A DNA stretch of 64,000 nucleotides from NCBI GenBank assembly GCA_963738405.1, contig CAVTWJ010000001.1:128001-192000 (forward strand). Reading direction: 5' to 3'. Source of the stretch: a candidate division FCPU426 bacterium. GTDB taxonomy: Bacteria > Oederibacteriota > Muellerivitia > Muellerivitales > Muellerivitaceae. The translations under genes and the position numbers were made by a program. The notes beneath the pieces were generated by a model. That model was not told the origin of the DNA. It searched no databases and worked only from the letters and a program-made list of their open reading frames with translations. This document shows positions 1 to 8,691 of the stretch, piece after piece (position 1 is the first letter of the stretch; each line of letters opens with the position of its first letter).

Positions 1-2
1 TG

Positions 3-167
3 GGGTTGATTCTTTTTCGGGTTTTCGATATTTGGAAACCCTTTCCCATTCAAAGGATCGAAAAGCTTCCGGGCGGATGGGGAATCATGCTGGATGACCT
101 GATGGCGGGGATCTACGCATGGGCATGGCTTCAAATAGGGTCTTATCTCATCCACTTGATCGCTTGA
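3..167 (+). CDS. pgpA: Phosphatidylglycerophosphatase A, C-terminal fragment (5' truncated by window)
   Basis: Manual translation from base 3: GLILFRVFDIWKPFPIQRIEKLPGGWGIMLDDLMAGIYAW...*; FRxFDIxKP and GGxGIMxDDxxAG are PgpA motifs; precedes cinA as is common. Confidence 0.9.
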   Translation, partial: GLILFRVFDIWKPFPIQRIEKLPGGWGIMLDDLMAGIYAWAWLQIGSYLIHLIA

Positions 168-195
168 GGATGGATGGGCATAGGAGCATTACGAA

Positions 196-1449
196 ATGAA
201 CGTAGAAATCGTCGCCATTGGCACCGAACTCCTCCTGGGCCAAAATGTGGATACCAATTCGGCATGGCTGGCCAAGGAAATGGCCCAACTGGGCATCGAC
301 CTCTATTCTTTCCAGGCGGTCGGGGACAACGAAAAAAGAATCGAAACCGCCCTGAAGGGGGCTTGTGAACGAAGCCAAGTCGTTTTAACCACCGGTGGCT
401 TGGGCCCGACGGTGGATGACGTGACCCGCAAGGTCGCCGCCAAGCTGGCTTCCCGGACGCTTGTTTACCACGAAAATCTGGCTAAGGAAATTGAGGCGCG
501 ATTTGCACGAAACAAACTGCCTTTCCCCAAGTCGAACCTAAACCAGGCCTTCATTCCACAAGGCGCCACGCTGATCCCTAACCCGGTGGGGACGGCCCCC
601 GGTTTTATTGTGAAAGTCGGCAAGTCCCACCTGGCCTGCATGCCGGGGGTGCCTGCCGAGATGAAGGCCATGTTTGAGGCTACCGTGAAGCCCTTTTTGA
701 AAGGCTTGAACCCCACGGGAAGCCTGATCAAGTCGCGGGTTTACCGCACGACGGGCATTTCTGAATCCCACTTGAACGAGACCATCCGCGAGATTTTCGA
801 GAAATCCACCAACCCCACTATCGGTGTTTTGGCCCATAAGGAAGGGGTGGATGTGAGGCTGACCGCCAAGGCGGCGACCGAGGGGGAAGCGGATCACCTT
901 TTGGAAGGGCTTGGAAAGACCCTGACCCAGCTGTTGCCGAACTATATATATGGTTTGGATCAGGATGACCTGGAAGCCATTGTGGGGCGGATGCTGACCA
1001 CCCGGGGCTTGAGCCTGAGCTTGGCCGAGTCCTGCACGGGGGGGCTGATCGCCCACCGTATTACCCGCGTTCCCGGAAGCTCCAAATACTTCAAGGCGGG
1101 ATATGTTTCCTACAGCAACGAGGCCAAGACCGATTTGTTCGGAGTGGAACCGCATCTTTTTCAAACAAAGGGGGCCGTTAGCGCCGAAGTGGCGGTAAAG
1201 ATGGCCGAGGGGGCGCTGAAGCGGTCGGGGGCTTCGATGGCCCTTTCGACCACCGGCATTGCCGGACCCGATGGGGGGACCGCCGAAAAACCGGTGGGGC
1301 TGGTTTGGATGGGCCTGGCCGACGAAGCGGGAAGCCAAGCGCTGGAATACCGTTTTTTTGGAAGCCGGGACAACGTGCAGTTTCGCGCGAGCCAAACAGC
1401 TCTGGAGCTTTTGCGGAGGCATATCCTGGGTATGACGCTCAAGGGTTGA
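196..1449 (+). CDS. cinA: Competence/damage-inducible protein CinA (MoCF-like domain + PncC NMN deamidase)
   Basis: IGTELLLGQ.VDTNS, GGLGPT.DD.T, AESCTGG, STTGIAGPDGG motifs; GGAG SD upstream. Confidence 0.95.
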   Translation: MNVEIVAIGTELLLGQNVDTNSAWLAKEMAQLGIDLYSFQAVGDNEKRIETALKGACERSQVVLTTGGLGPTVDDVTRKVAAKLASRTLVYHENLAKEIEARFARNKLPFPKSNLNQAFIPQGATLIPNPVGTAPGFIVKVGKSHLACMPGVPAEMKAMFEATVKPFLKGLNPTGSLIKSRVYRTTGISESHLNETIREIFEKSTNPTIGVLAHKEGVDVRLTAKAATEGEADHLLEGLGKTLTQLLPNYIYGLDQDDLEAIVGRMLTTRGLSLSLAESCTGGLIAHRITRVPGSSKYFKAGYVSYSNEAKTDLFGVEPHLFQTKGAVSAEVAVKMAEGALKRSGASMALSTTGIAGPDGGTAEKPVGLVWMGLADEAGSQALEYRFFGSRDNVQFRASQTALELLRRHILGMTLKG

Positions 1450-1459
1450 TTTTTCGGGG

Positions 1460-2026
1460 TTGGACATGAGGCTATTCACCGCCATTTCAGTGGAGGGGCC
1501 GCCCTTGGAAGGCTTGAAGGGTTTTTTGGCCTTCGCCCAAGGGTTGGATTTGCCGGTTAAGTGGACCCCGCCGGAAAATTTGCACGTGACCTTGGTGTTC
1601 CTCGGGGACACGAAAGAAGAACAACTGACGAATTTAAAGGCGGCTTTAAAGATGGCGGCCCATGATGCTGACCCTTTTAAGTTGGAAGTAGGGGGCTTGG
1701 GCGCTTTTCCGAAACCTCAAAAACCAAAGACCTTGTTCATGGGTTTGTTGGCGGGCAGGGAAAATGTTGAAAGCCTTTTTCAAAAGATGACGGGGCCCTT
1801 GGTAAACGCCGGTTTCAAGATGGAAGACCGTATGTTTCAACCCCACCTGACCCTGGGAAGGTTGAGGGAAGAGCCTCTTCCCCCCGCCGATTGGGAGCGG
1901 TTGAAAAAAGCCGCCCCCGCGACCCTTGGAACCTTTTCCGTCGCGCAACTTCATTTGATGGAAAGCCGGTTGACTCCCGGAGGATCGATTTATAAAGTCA
2001 TTGAGAGTTATCCCCTGGGCCGTTAA
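1460..2026 (+). CDS. thpR: RNA 2',3'-cyclic phosphodiesterase (2H family)
   Basis: MRLF start (ATG 1466 is an alternative start), two HxT motifs (LHVTL, PHLTL), follows cinA. Confidence 0.9.
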   Translation: MDMRLFTAISVEGPPLEGLKGFLAFAQGLDLPVKWTPPENLHVTLVFLGDTKEEQLTNLKAALKMAAHDADPFKLEVGGLGAFPKPQKPKTLFMGLLAGRENVESLFQKMTGPLVNAGFKMEDRMFQPHLTLGRLREEPLPPADWERLKKAAPATLGTFSVAQLHLMESRLTPGGSIYKVIESYPLGR

Positions 2027-2049
2027 GCCCGGAAAATTTAAGGAAATCC

Positions 2050-2538
2050 ATGAGCGACCTATCCCCCGAGACCCCCGAACCCCAGCTGAGCGAAAAGGAA
2101 ATGCAGGAACAGATCGAGAGGTTCCAGGAACAGCAACGGCTCTTTCTGGAGCGGGAATTCGAGTGGCTCATCAAGTTCGTGGCCAGCTATTTCCCCGAGG
2201 ACAAATTGGCCCTGGAAGACGCCATGTCGGACGTCCATTTCATCCACCTGGTCGCGGAGGGGGGCAAACCCCTGGGTGCCCTGGTGTATCGGTTTCCGAA
2301 GGTGCTGGATAAGGCGGCCTATTTTTCCGAAATCGGGGAGGACTACCGAGGGGGATTGGAAGTGCCCGAGGTTTTATTTGTGGACTCGCAAACCACCAAG
2401 TTCGAGGCCCCGGCGAGCCTGGAGGTGGAAGGAAACCTTTTGGAGATTCCCCGCGAGAAATTGACCGGAAAAATCAGGGAACTGCGTGAAGAGTTGAAAC
2501 GGCGTGGACGTTTGCGGCAGTTGAGGGAGAGCCTGTAA
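2050..2538 (+). CDS. Hypothetical acidic protein with coiled-coil ends
   Basis: AAGGA SD, ATG, fills gap between thpR and next gene; no recognised family. Confidence 0.7.
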   Translation: MSDLSPETPEPQLSEKEMQEQIERFQEQQRLFLEREFEWLIKFVASYFPEDKLALEDAMSDVHFIHLVAEGGKPLGALVYRFPKVLDKAAYFSEIGEDYRGGLEVPEVLFVDSQTTKFEAPASLEVEGNLLEIPREKLTGKIRELREELKRRGRLRQLRESL

Positions 2539-2567
2539 AGCTTTTCGCTGGTCAAAATCCGGATAAA

Positions 2568-4616
2568 ATGGATCGAATGAAAAGCAAACCCACACAGGCC
2601 CCTTCGATCCATCTCCTTTGGCTGATATCAGGTTGGGCGGCGCTGATCCTTCTCGCTTACGGCACCCTCCTATTGCATCCCTCCTTGCACACTGCCTGCC
2701 CCGAAAACGACACCTGGAATTTTCCCATCCGCTGGTCGGTGTTGTCCTCGCTTCGGGAAGGAAGGATTCCCCTTTGGAACTCTCTATTAGCATTCGGAAT
2801 TCCCTGGCTGGCGACCTGGCAGACCGAGACCTTTTACCCCGGCACTTTGTTGTTTGTGTGGAAGGGCCTGGAGGCCTGGAATTTTTCTGGGATCCTTCAC
2901 CTGCTTATTTTTTCTTCGGGGGTTTACACTTTTCTGAGGGCATCGAAGGTGGGCGCTTTCTGGTCTTTCTTTAGCGCCGCCATCGCCTTATTAAACGCCT
3001 GCGCATTCAATCATCTGGGCAGTAATTCCTCAATGGACACCATGGCCTGGATGCCCTGGATGTTTTTGGCGACAAGGGAATGCGTGGAGGGGAAGCCCTT
3101 CGGGACCTTGAAATGGGCCTTATTTCTGGCCCTGCAGGTCTTTGCGGGTTACCCCCAAATCATTTTTTACACCCTGGCGGGCTGCGCCGCATTCGCTATT
3201 TTTTTAGCCAGTTGGAATTCACCTGCGAAACTTTTGAAACCGCTGGGATGGGGCCTTCTGTTTTCAGCGGCTCAATGGATGCCTTCAATCGAATATTTTC
3301 TATTCAATTCGGTCCGGCTTCCGGCTGTGTCGAATAATCCCCATTTTTTTCTGCCCCTTGAAAATCTGGAGACCTTTTTCAATTGGAACGCTTTGGCTGG
3401 GAATGGCGTTCCTGATTATGTGAATTCACCTACCTTCTTCTATTTTAATTTTTACAGCGGAATTGTCCCCTTATTGGTTCTGGCGGCAGGTGTGGCGGGC
3501 TTCAAACGGCTGAAGAAAAACAGTCTTTTCTTTCTTGGCGCCTTTTTATTTGTTCTTATGGGGACAGTTGGTTTTTTGATCGGGCCCCTCCTTCCCGCCT
3601 CATTCGCACTCCCTTCCTTTTTGGAACCGGCTAAAGCTTGGGTATTGGTCAACCTGATGGAACTCTTCGCCCTTGGTTTTCTTTTGGAAGACTTGGTGCC
3701 GAATCCGGGGAAATGGAAATGGGTTGTTCTTTCGGCGGGTGTTTTGAATTTGCTCTACCCGATTTGGATCCATCCCTATGAACACAATTTCACGCCTCCC
3801 CATGAAACCCTTGAACGCTACGCCCGGGAAATCACCGGCTCCTTAGGATCGGGACGGGTTTTGATTCTTCCTAACGAGCGGGAACATCAGGCCCTTTACA
3901 CCCCGCTTCCAGATCCCGGAGAAAGGCCCTTTTTTAAGCATTTCGTTCCGGACTCCAATCTCTATGTTTCGCTCCCTCTGGCGAATTTTTATGGTTCCAC
4001 CTGGCCTTCTTGGGGCGCGCTGGACGCCAACCAATATTTCAAATTGGGGTTTCCCTATGGGACTGGGAAGTTATTGGATTTGTTGGGAGTGGATCTTCTT
4101 GTATTGCCGGAGGACCATATGCCGCCCAACTTTAGAAAGAAATGGAAGTACGATGTTTGGGTGCTTTGGAAAAATCCATCGTCCCTCGGCGGTTCCTTTA
4201 CCTTCATCGGCCAACCACAGGTCGCGGGCCGAAGGGACATTTTTTCGGCTTTTGCGTCTGGAACAGCGGACCCAAGGCGCATCTTGTATTTGGACCCGGC
4301 GCCTGTTTCCAAGGCTCCGTTGAGTTTTCAACCGCCTCTTTCCGCCATGTCGTTTCAAGGCGAGGGCGAATACCGGGTGATCACCCAAAACGCCATGCCT
4401 GGATGGCGCGCCTGGGTAGATGGGAAACCGCAACATATTTACACGGCCGATGGGATCTTTGTGTGTGTGCCGATACTAAAGCACTCTGGACAGGTTCAAA
4501 TTTCCTATGAACCGACAAGCTTCCGCATGGGCCTTTTTATCAGTTTGCTGTTTTGGGGCTGGGGTTTGGGCTGGAGCGGTTTTCTTTGGGGCCGGTTAAA
4601 ACCGGCTTCAAACTAG
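2568..4616 (+). CDS. YfhO-like polytopic membrane protein (putative GT-C glycosyltransferase)
   Basis: GRIPLWN...G.P..A...FYP N-terminal motif, many TM segments, C-terminal PGWRAWVDGK...ISYEP.SFR.G motif typical of YfhO family. Confidence 0.75.
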   Translation: MDRMKSKPTQAPSIHLLWLISGWAALILLAYGTLLLHPSLHTACPENDTWNFPIRWSVLSSLREGRIPLWNSLLAFGIPWLATWQTETFYPGTLLFVWKGLEAWNFSGILHLLIFSSGVYTFLRASKVGAFWSFFSAAIALLNACAFNHLGSNSSMDTMAWMPWMFLATRECVEGKPFGTLKWALFLALQVFAGYPQIIFYTLAGCAAFAIFLASWNSPAKLLKPLGWGLLFSAAQWMPSIEYFLFNSVRLPAVSNNPHFFLPLENLETFFNWNALAGNGVPDYVNSPTFFYFNFYSGIVPLLVLAAGVAGFKRLKKNSLFFLGAFLFVLMGTVGFLIGPLLPASFALPSFLEPAKAWVLVNLMELFALGFLLEDLVPNPGKWKWVVLSAGVLNLLYPIWIHPYEHNFTPPHETLERYAREITGSLGSGRVLILPNEREHQALYTPLPDPGERPFFKHFVPDSNLYVSLPLANFYGSTWPSWGALDANQYFKLGFPYGTGKLLDLLGVDLLVLPEDHMPPNFRKKWKYDVWVLWKNPSSLGGSFTFIGQPQVAGRRDIFSAFASGTADPRRILYLDPAPVSKAPLSFQPPLSAMSFQGEGEYRVITQNAMPGWRAWVDGKPQHIYTADGIFVCVPILKHSGQVQISYEPTSFRMGLFISLLFWGWGLGWSGFLWGRLKPASN

Positions 4617-4630
4617 GTTAGGGTGCATCC

Positions 4631-6568
4631 ATGTCCACTCTCCGAGATCGCTTGCTCCTCACGATGGCGATTTTTGGCGCCGGCATTTTAACCGGATTCA
4701 TCTTTTGGGACCGCCTGAGCCTGCCTTTTGAGAATCCGTTTGGCATCATCGGCTATTGTTCCCAAATCCGGTTCAATCCCCAAAACGACGTATGGCGGTT
4801 CCTTTTTTTTATATTGTTGCCCTCACTTTTCCTAACCCTTTTTTGTGCCTGGGGCGGGGGAAAGGGGCGGCACTTCCTTTTTGGCGGTAAGCGGGAGGTT
4901 TCCGAGCCTCCAATGGAGGGGAGTGAAGTCCGGCTTTCCTGGCGGGGCCTGGTTTTCCTACCGGCATACGCCGTTCTGCTGGCCCTGAATGTACCGACCT
5001 ATCACGCTTCGGGGATATTTGACGCTTATCACGAAGGGGAAGCTCTGGGAACCAGCGTTTCGTACCTGGCGGGGGAACGGCCTTACCGTGACTTCTTTTT
5101 CTATCACGGTTTGTTTCAGGACCCCTTGCGGGCCGCTGTGGCCTTCCGTCTTTTCGGGCGCTCGATTGGGGCGGTCCGGACGTTGGAATCGGCCTTGAAG
5201 TTATCGGCCTGGGTTTTTCTGGCCCTTTTTTTGGGAAGGTTTTTTAAGCGAAGAATCCACCTGGCTTTTGGGCTGCTGACCTTGTTGGCCCTGGTGCACG
5301 TCAGTTTTCTGTTCAACCTTTATTCCGCTTGGGACGCGCCTGCGGTGACGCCGGCAGGGATATTGTCGGAGTTCAACCTGCACCGTTTTTTTTTCGAAGG
5401 CATCAATTTTCTGATCATCCGTTCCGACGATCTGTGCACTTTCCTTTTCGCTTGGGCCTTGGCAGGGGTGGTCCAGTCGGGGAAAAATCCCGGATACGGC
5501 GCCGCGGTGTGGACACTGGGTGTAAACTCGTTTGTTTTTGGCTTCGCGTCCACGGCGGCCCTAGCCTATTCCGCCGACCGGGGGGTCTACCTGACGGCCG
5601 CATTCCTTGTTTTGGCGGTGCTTTTCCATTTCATTTATTTCCGAGGCCATCCTGCGGGGAACCAGTACCGGTTTTTTTGCGTCCTCGGGGGGATCGGCGG
5701 ATGGCTGTTCTTGGGAGTGCTCCTGGGGTGGGACTATGGAAGTTTTTTCCAATTCCTGTTCCTGCGGATGCCTTCATACAAGGAGCTCTCCGAAAAGGTT
5801 CCCTACCCCATTCATTCCCCGATGTTCGGTTTGGTGTTGGCCGTTTTCGCAGCCGAATGCTTTTGGCTGGTCCGGGACGGGTGGAAGGAGGCCCACTTCA
5901 GTTTAGGGATGCCTTGGCTGCGCGCTTGGCTGGGGCGGCGGGGATTGGAGATTTCACTCCTATTATTATCGGTGTTTTATTTCCGGAGCGCGCTGACGCG
6001 TTGCGATTGGCAGCATGTCATCTACAGCATAGCTTTCCTGCTGATACTTTCGTTTTGGATAATCGTGGAGGGGGAACCGGGGTGGTTTTTCGCCCGAAGG
6101 ACATTGATTTGGTCTCTTTGCGCGGTCACGGTTCTCTTTTGCGTCTGGCGGACCGTACGGGAGCCCGTTTGGAAAAGAAATTTTCCGCTCAAGGTTTCCG
6201 ACAGCGTATTTCTGTCTTCCCCGCAAAAGCAAACCCTAGGTTTCTTGAAGTGGGTACGCAAGCCGGGGGATGTTTTTTTTTCCTTATCCTCAAATGCTTG
6301 CTGGTATTACCTGCTCAATCAGCCCGCTCCCACCCGTTTCCCCTATATCTGGATCGCCGCCCTTCCTGTGTTCCAGGAAGAAGTTGTCAGGGATCTTTCG
6401 GAGAAAAAGGTGAAATGGGTCCTTTACCGGCAGGCCGAATGGTACGACAACATCGACGGGATTCCAAACCAAAGGAAGTTACCCATTATTTCCGCCTATA
6501 TCCGCGGCCATTTCCATCCCTTCGCAAAAGTGGGAGGGGACGAAATATGGATTCGGGACGGCTCTTGA
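4631..6568 (+). CDS. Polytopic membrane protein, putative GT-C glycosyltransferase
   Basis: D.YHEGE..G......G..PYRDFF.YHG loop motif, many TM helices, C-terminal YYLL..PAPTRF soluble domain. Confidence 0.6.
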   Translation: MSTLRDRLLLTMAIFGAGILTGFIFWDRLSLPFENPFGIIGYCSQIRFNPQNDVWRFLFFILLPSLFLTLFCAWGGGKGRHFLFGGKREVSEPPMEGSEVRLSWRGLVFLPAYAVLLALNVPTYHASGIFDAYHEGEALGTSVSYLAGERPYRDFFFYHGLFQDPLRAAVAFRLFGRSIGAVRTLESALKLSAWVFLALFLGRFFKRRIHLAFGLLTLLALVHVSFLFNLYSAWDAPAVTPAGILSEFNLHRFFFEGINFLIIRSDDLCTFLFAWALAGVVQSGKNPGYGAAVWTLGVNSFVFGFASTAALAYSADRGVYLTAAFLVLAVLFHFIYFRGHPAGNQYRFFCVLGGIGGWLFLGVLLGWDYGSFFQFLFLRMPSYKELSEKVPYPIHSPMFGLVLAVFAAECFWLVRDGWKEAHFSLGMPWLRAWLGRRGLEISLLLLSVFYFRSALTRCDWQHVIYSIAFLLILSFWIIVEGEPGWFFARRTLIWSLCAVTVLFCVWRTVREPVWKRNFPLKVSDSVFLSSPQKQTLGFLKWVRKPGDVFFSLSSNACWYYLLNQPAPTRFPYIWIAALPVFQEEVVRDLSEKKVKWVLYRQAEWYDNIDGIPNQRKLPIISAYIRGHFHPFAKVGGDEIWIRDGS

Positions 6569-6714
6569 AGGGTTCGTTTCCGTGGCGGGCTCCCTCGAAG
6601 GATTCATCCTCCCAATACCGCAAGCCCCGTTGCTTAATTTTTGAGGTGAATTTATGATTTGGTCCGGCAGGTGAGGATCGTTGGGGCACCATTTAATAAA
6701 ATTAAGGAGAAAAC

Positions 6715-7218
6715 ATGAAATCGATAGGAATATTGACGATTGTTTTGGCCACTGTTTTGGCGCTATTGCCTGGGTTATCAGGGGCTGAGAAGGCGGACGC
6801 GAGTTCCGCACCCGTTCCCGGCGGCGGGCCAATCGGTTTGGGACTGGAACTGGGGGACCCGGGTGTTTGGGGCGCGGTAGGTAAAATATGGATCGACAAG
6901 GAGAACGCATTTCAACCCGCGTTAAAGCTGGGCGACGGCTTGACCCTGCTTCAGTTGGATTACCTTTGGCACGATTACGATGTTATCCACCCCAAAGAAG
7001 GCTTGATGCCCTTGTATTTCGGCGTGGGCGGGGATTTATCCCTCCAGAGCAGTGTGGCGGTCGGAGCCCGAGGCGTGGTCGGGATTTCCTATCTGTTCAA
7101 CCGGGAAAACGTGCCGGTGGATATTTACATACAAGCCGTTCCTGAGATTTGGTTCTACAGCGGCGGGGTTTCCACCTTTTACCTCTATGGCGAGCTGGGG
7201 TCGAGATACTACTTCTAG
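6715..7218 (+). CDS. Small outer-membrane beta-barrel protein (DUF3996-like)
   Basis: AAGGAG SD, signal peptide, amphipathic beta strands (IGLGLELG, LYFGVGG, GVVGISYLF), terminal aromatic RYYF. Confidence 0.7.
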   Translation: MKSIGILTIVLATVLALLPGLSGAEKADASSAPVPGGGPIGLGLELGDPGVWGAVGKIWIDKENAFQPALKLGDGLTLLQLDYLWHDYDVIHPKEGLMPLYFGVGGDLSLQSSVAVGARGVVGISYLFNRENVPVDIYIQAVPEIWFYSGGVSTFYLYGELGSRYYF

Positions 7219-7252
7219 GATAAAAATCGCGGGCCTCTGAAAGGGTGAATTT

Positions 7253-8398
7253 GTGCCAACCTTGAGCCGAAAAAAAAGTCCGGCATTGATGATGTACGGC
7301 GCGAGTGAGTCCGACTCGAACCTCTATTACGCCGTGAAATTCGTGGTGCCGGACCCCTTTCCCTTTTTCCAGATTGGAAACAAGAAGATCATCCTGATGA
7401 GCGACCTGGAATTGGGACGCGCCCAAAAGCAGGCCAAGGTGGATGAAATTCTTTCCTATTCGGACCTTCAGATAAAAACCATGCGGCAGGGAATCGAGAA
7501 GCCGCGGGTGGCCGATGTGACCGCCTTTTTTCTCAAAAAAAACAAAATCAAAAAGGTTCAGGTGCCGGACAATTTCAATCTGGGGCTGGCGGACGCTTTG
7601 CGACAGAGGGGCATCCAGGTTGAGAGTAAGGCCGATCCATTTTTCGAGGAGCGGGTTTACAAGTCGAAGGAAGAAGTGAGGATGATCACCGACTCTCTCC
7701 GGCACACGGAAGCGGCGATCCACAAGTTGGAAGATGTGCTGCGCCAATCGAAAATCGTCGGAAAGAAATTATCCTACCGGGGCCACTGGGTGACTTCCGA
7801 ATCCCTTAAAAAAGTCCTAAATGTGTCGATGATGGAAAACAACTGTATTGGGAACCATACCATTGTGGCAAGCGGGAACCAGGGGTGCGACCCCCACCAG
7901 GAAGGGACAGGGTTTGTTTGGGCCCACCAGTCTTTGATCGTGGACGTCTTTCCCCGATCGGGCGACACCCTCTATTTCGCCGATATCACCCGAACCTTCG
8001 TGAAGGGGAAGGCCTCCAGCGCCTTGAAAGTCCAGTACGAGGCGGTACGGACGGCGCAGGAAAAGGGAATCCGAATGGTAGCTCCCGGGGTGAACGGGCG
8101 GGATGTGCATCAAGCGATCAAAAAGGACATGGAAAGCCGGGGATATAGAACTGAAAGGCGCAAGGGAGTGATGGTGGGCTTTTTCCATGGGACAGGACAC
8201 GGTCTGGGGTTGGATGTTCACGAACCCCCGAGGGTAAATTCTTCGGACCACGTTCTCAAAAAGGGAGAGGTAGTTACGGTGGAGCCGGGACTCTATTACC
8301 CAGGGCAGGGGGCGGTGCGGATTGAGGACCTTTTAGTCGTTACCGAAAAGGGAAATCAGAATCTGACGGTCTATCCCAAAAAACTGGAAATCGCTTAA
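7253..8398 (+). CDS. Xaa-Pro aminopeptidase family (M24) peptidase
   Basis: DVFP, ADITRT, HGTGHGLGLDVHE, TVEPGLY, VRIED metal-ligand motifs. Confidence 0.9.
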   Translation: MPTLSRKKSPALMMYGASESDSNLYYAVKFVVPDPFPFFQIGNKKIILMSDLELGRAQKQAKVDEILSYSDLQIKTMRQGIEKPRVADVTAFFLKKNKIKKVQVPDNFNLGLADALRQRGIQVESKADPFFEERVYKSKEEVRMITDSLRHTEAAIHKLEDVLRQSKIVGKKLSYRGHWVTSESLKKVLNVSMMENNCIGNHTIVASGNQGCDPHQEGTGFVWAHQSLIVDVFPRSGDTLYFADITRTFVKGKASSALKVQYEAVRTAQEKGIRMVAPGVNGRDVHQAIKKDMESRGYRTERRKGVMVGFFHGTGHGLGLDVHEPPRVNSSDHVLKKGEVVTVEPGLYYPGQGAVRIEDLLVVTEKGNQNLTVYPKKLEIA

Positions 8399-8407
8399 AG
8401 CCTTGTT

Positions 8408-8680
8408 TTAGGGTTGGATGGTGGGAGTGGGGGTTGGCTCTGGAGGGGTGGCTTGGGACTGTTGGTCGGGCGCTTGTTCGGAAAGGCCCGGCATGAGGGT
8501 ATTTACCATTTTTTTGGAATCTTCGTCGTTACTCCCGCCTGAAAACAAAAAGTAGGAAAGAACGATCAATACCCCGCCCCAAAGCATCATTTTGGGTTCT
8601 TGAATTTTTTTTCCGCGGTAAAGCAGATAGCCCCCGATGGTTCCCATCAACACCGAGAGGGCCGTTTCCAACCAAAACAT
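8408..8680 (-). CDS. Small two-TM membrane protein with Pro/Thr-rich tail
   Basis: GGAAGG SD, two hydrophobic segments, directly downstream of the PBP gene. Confidence 0.7.
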   Translation of the reverse strand: MFWLETALSVLMGTIGGYLLYRGKKIQEPKMMLWGGVLIVLSYFLFSGGSNDEDSKKMVNTLMPGLSEQAPDQQSQATPPEPTPTPTIQP

Positions 8681-8691
8681 ACCTTCCCCCT

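Noticed and set aside
538..1611. 357-aa antisense ORF
   Set aside because: Antisense to well-supported cinA/thpR; typical GC-rich shadow ORF
5329..6657. 442-aa alternative + frame ORF
   Set aside because: Overlaps the membrane protein 4631-6568; Arg/Gly/Pro-rich shadow composition, no motifs
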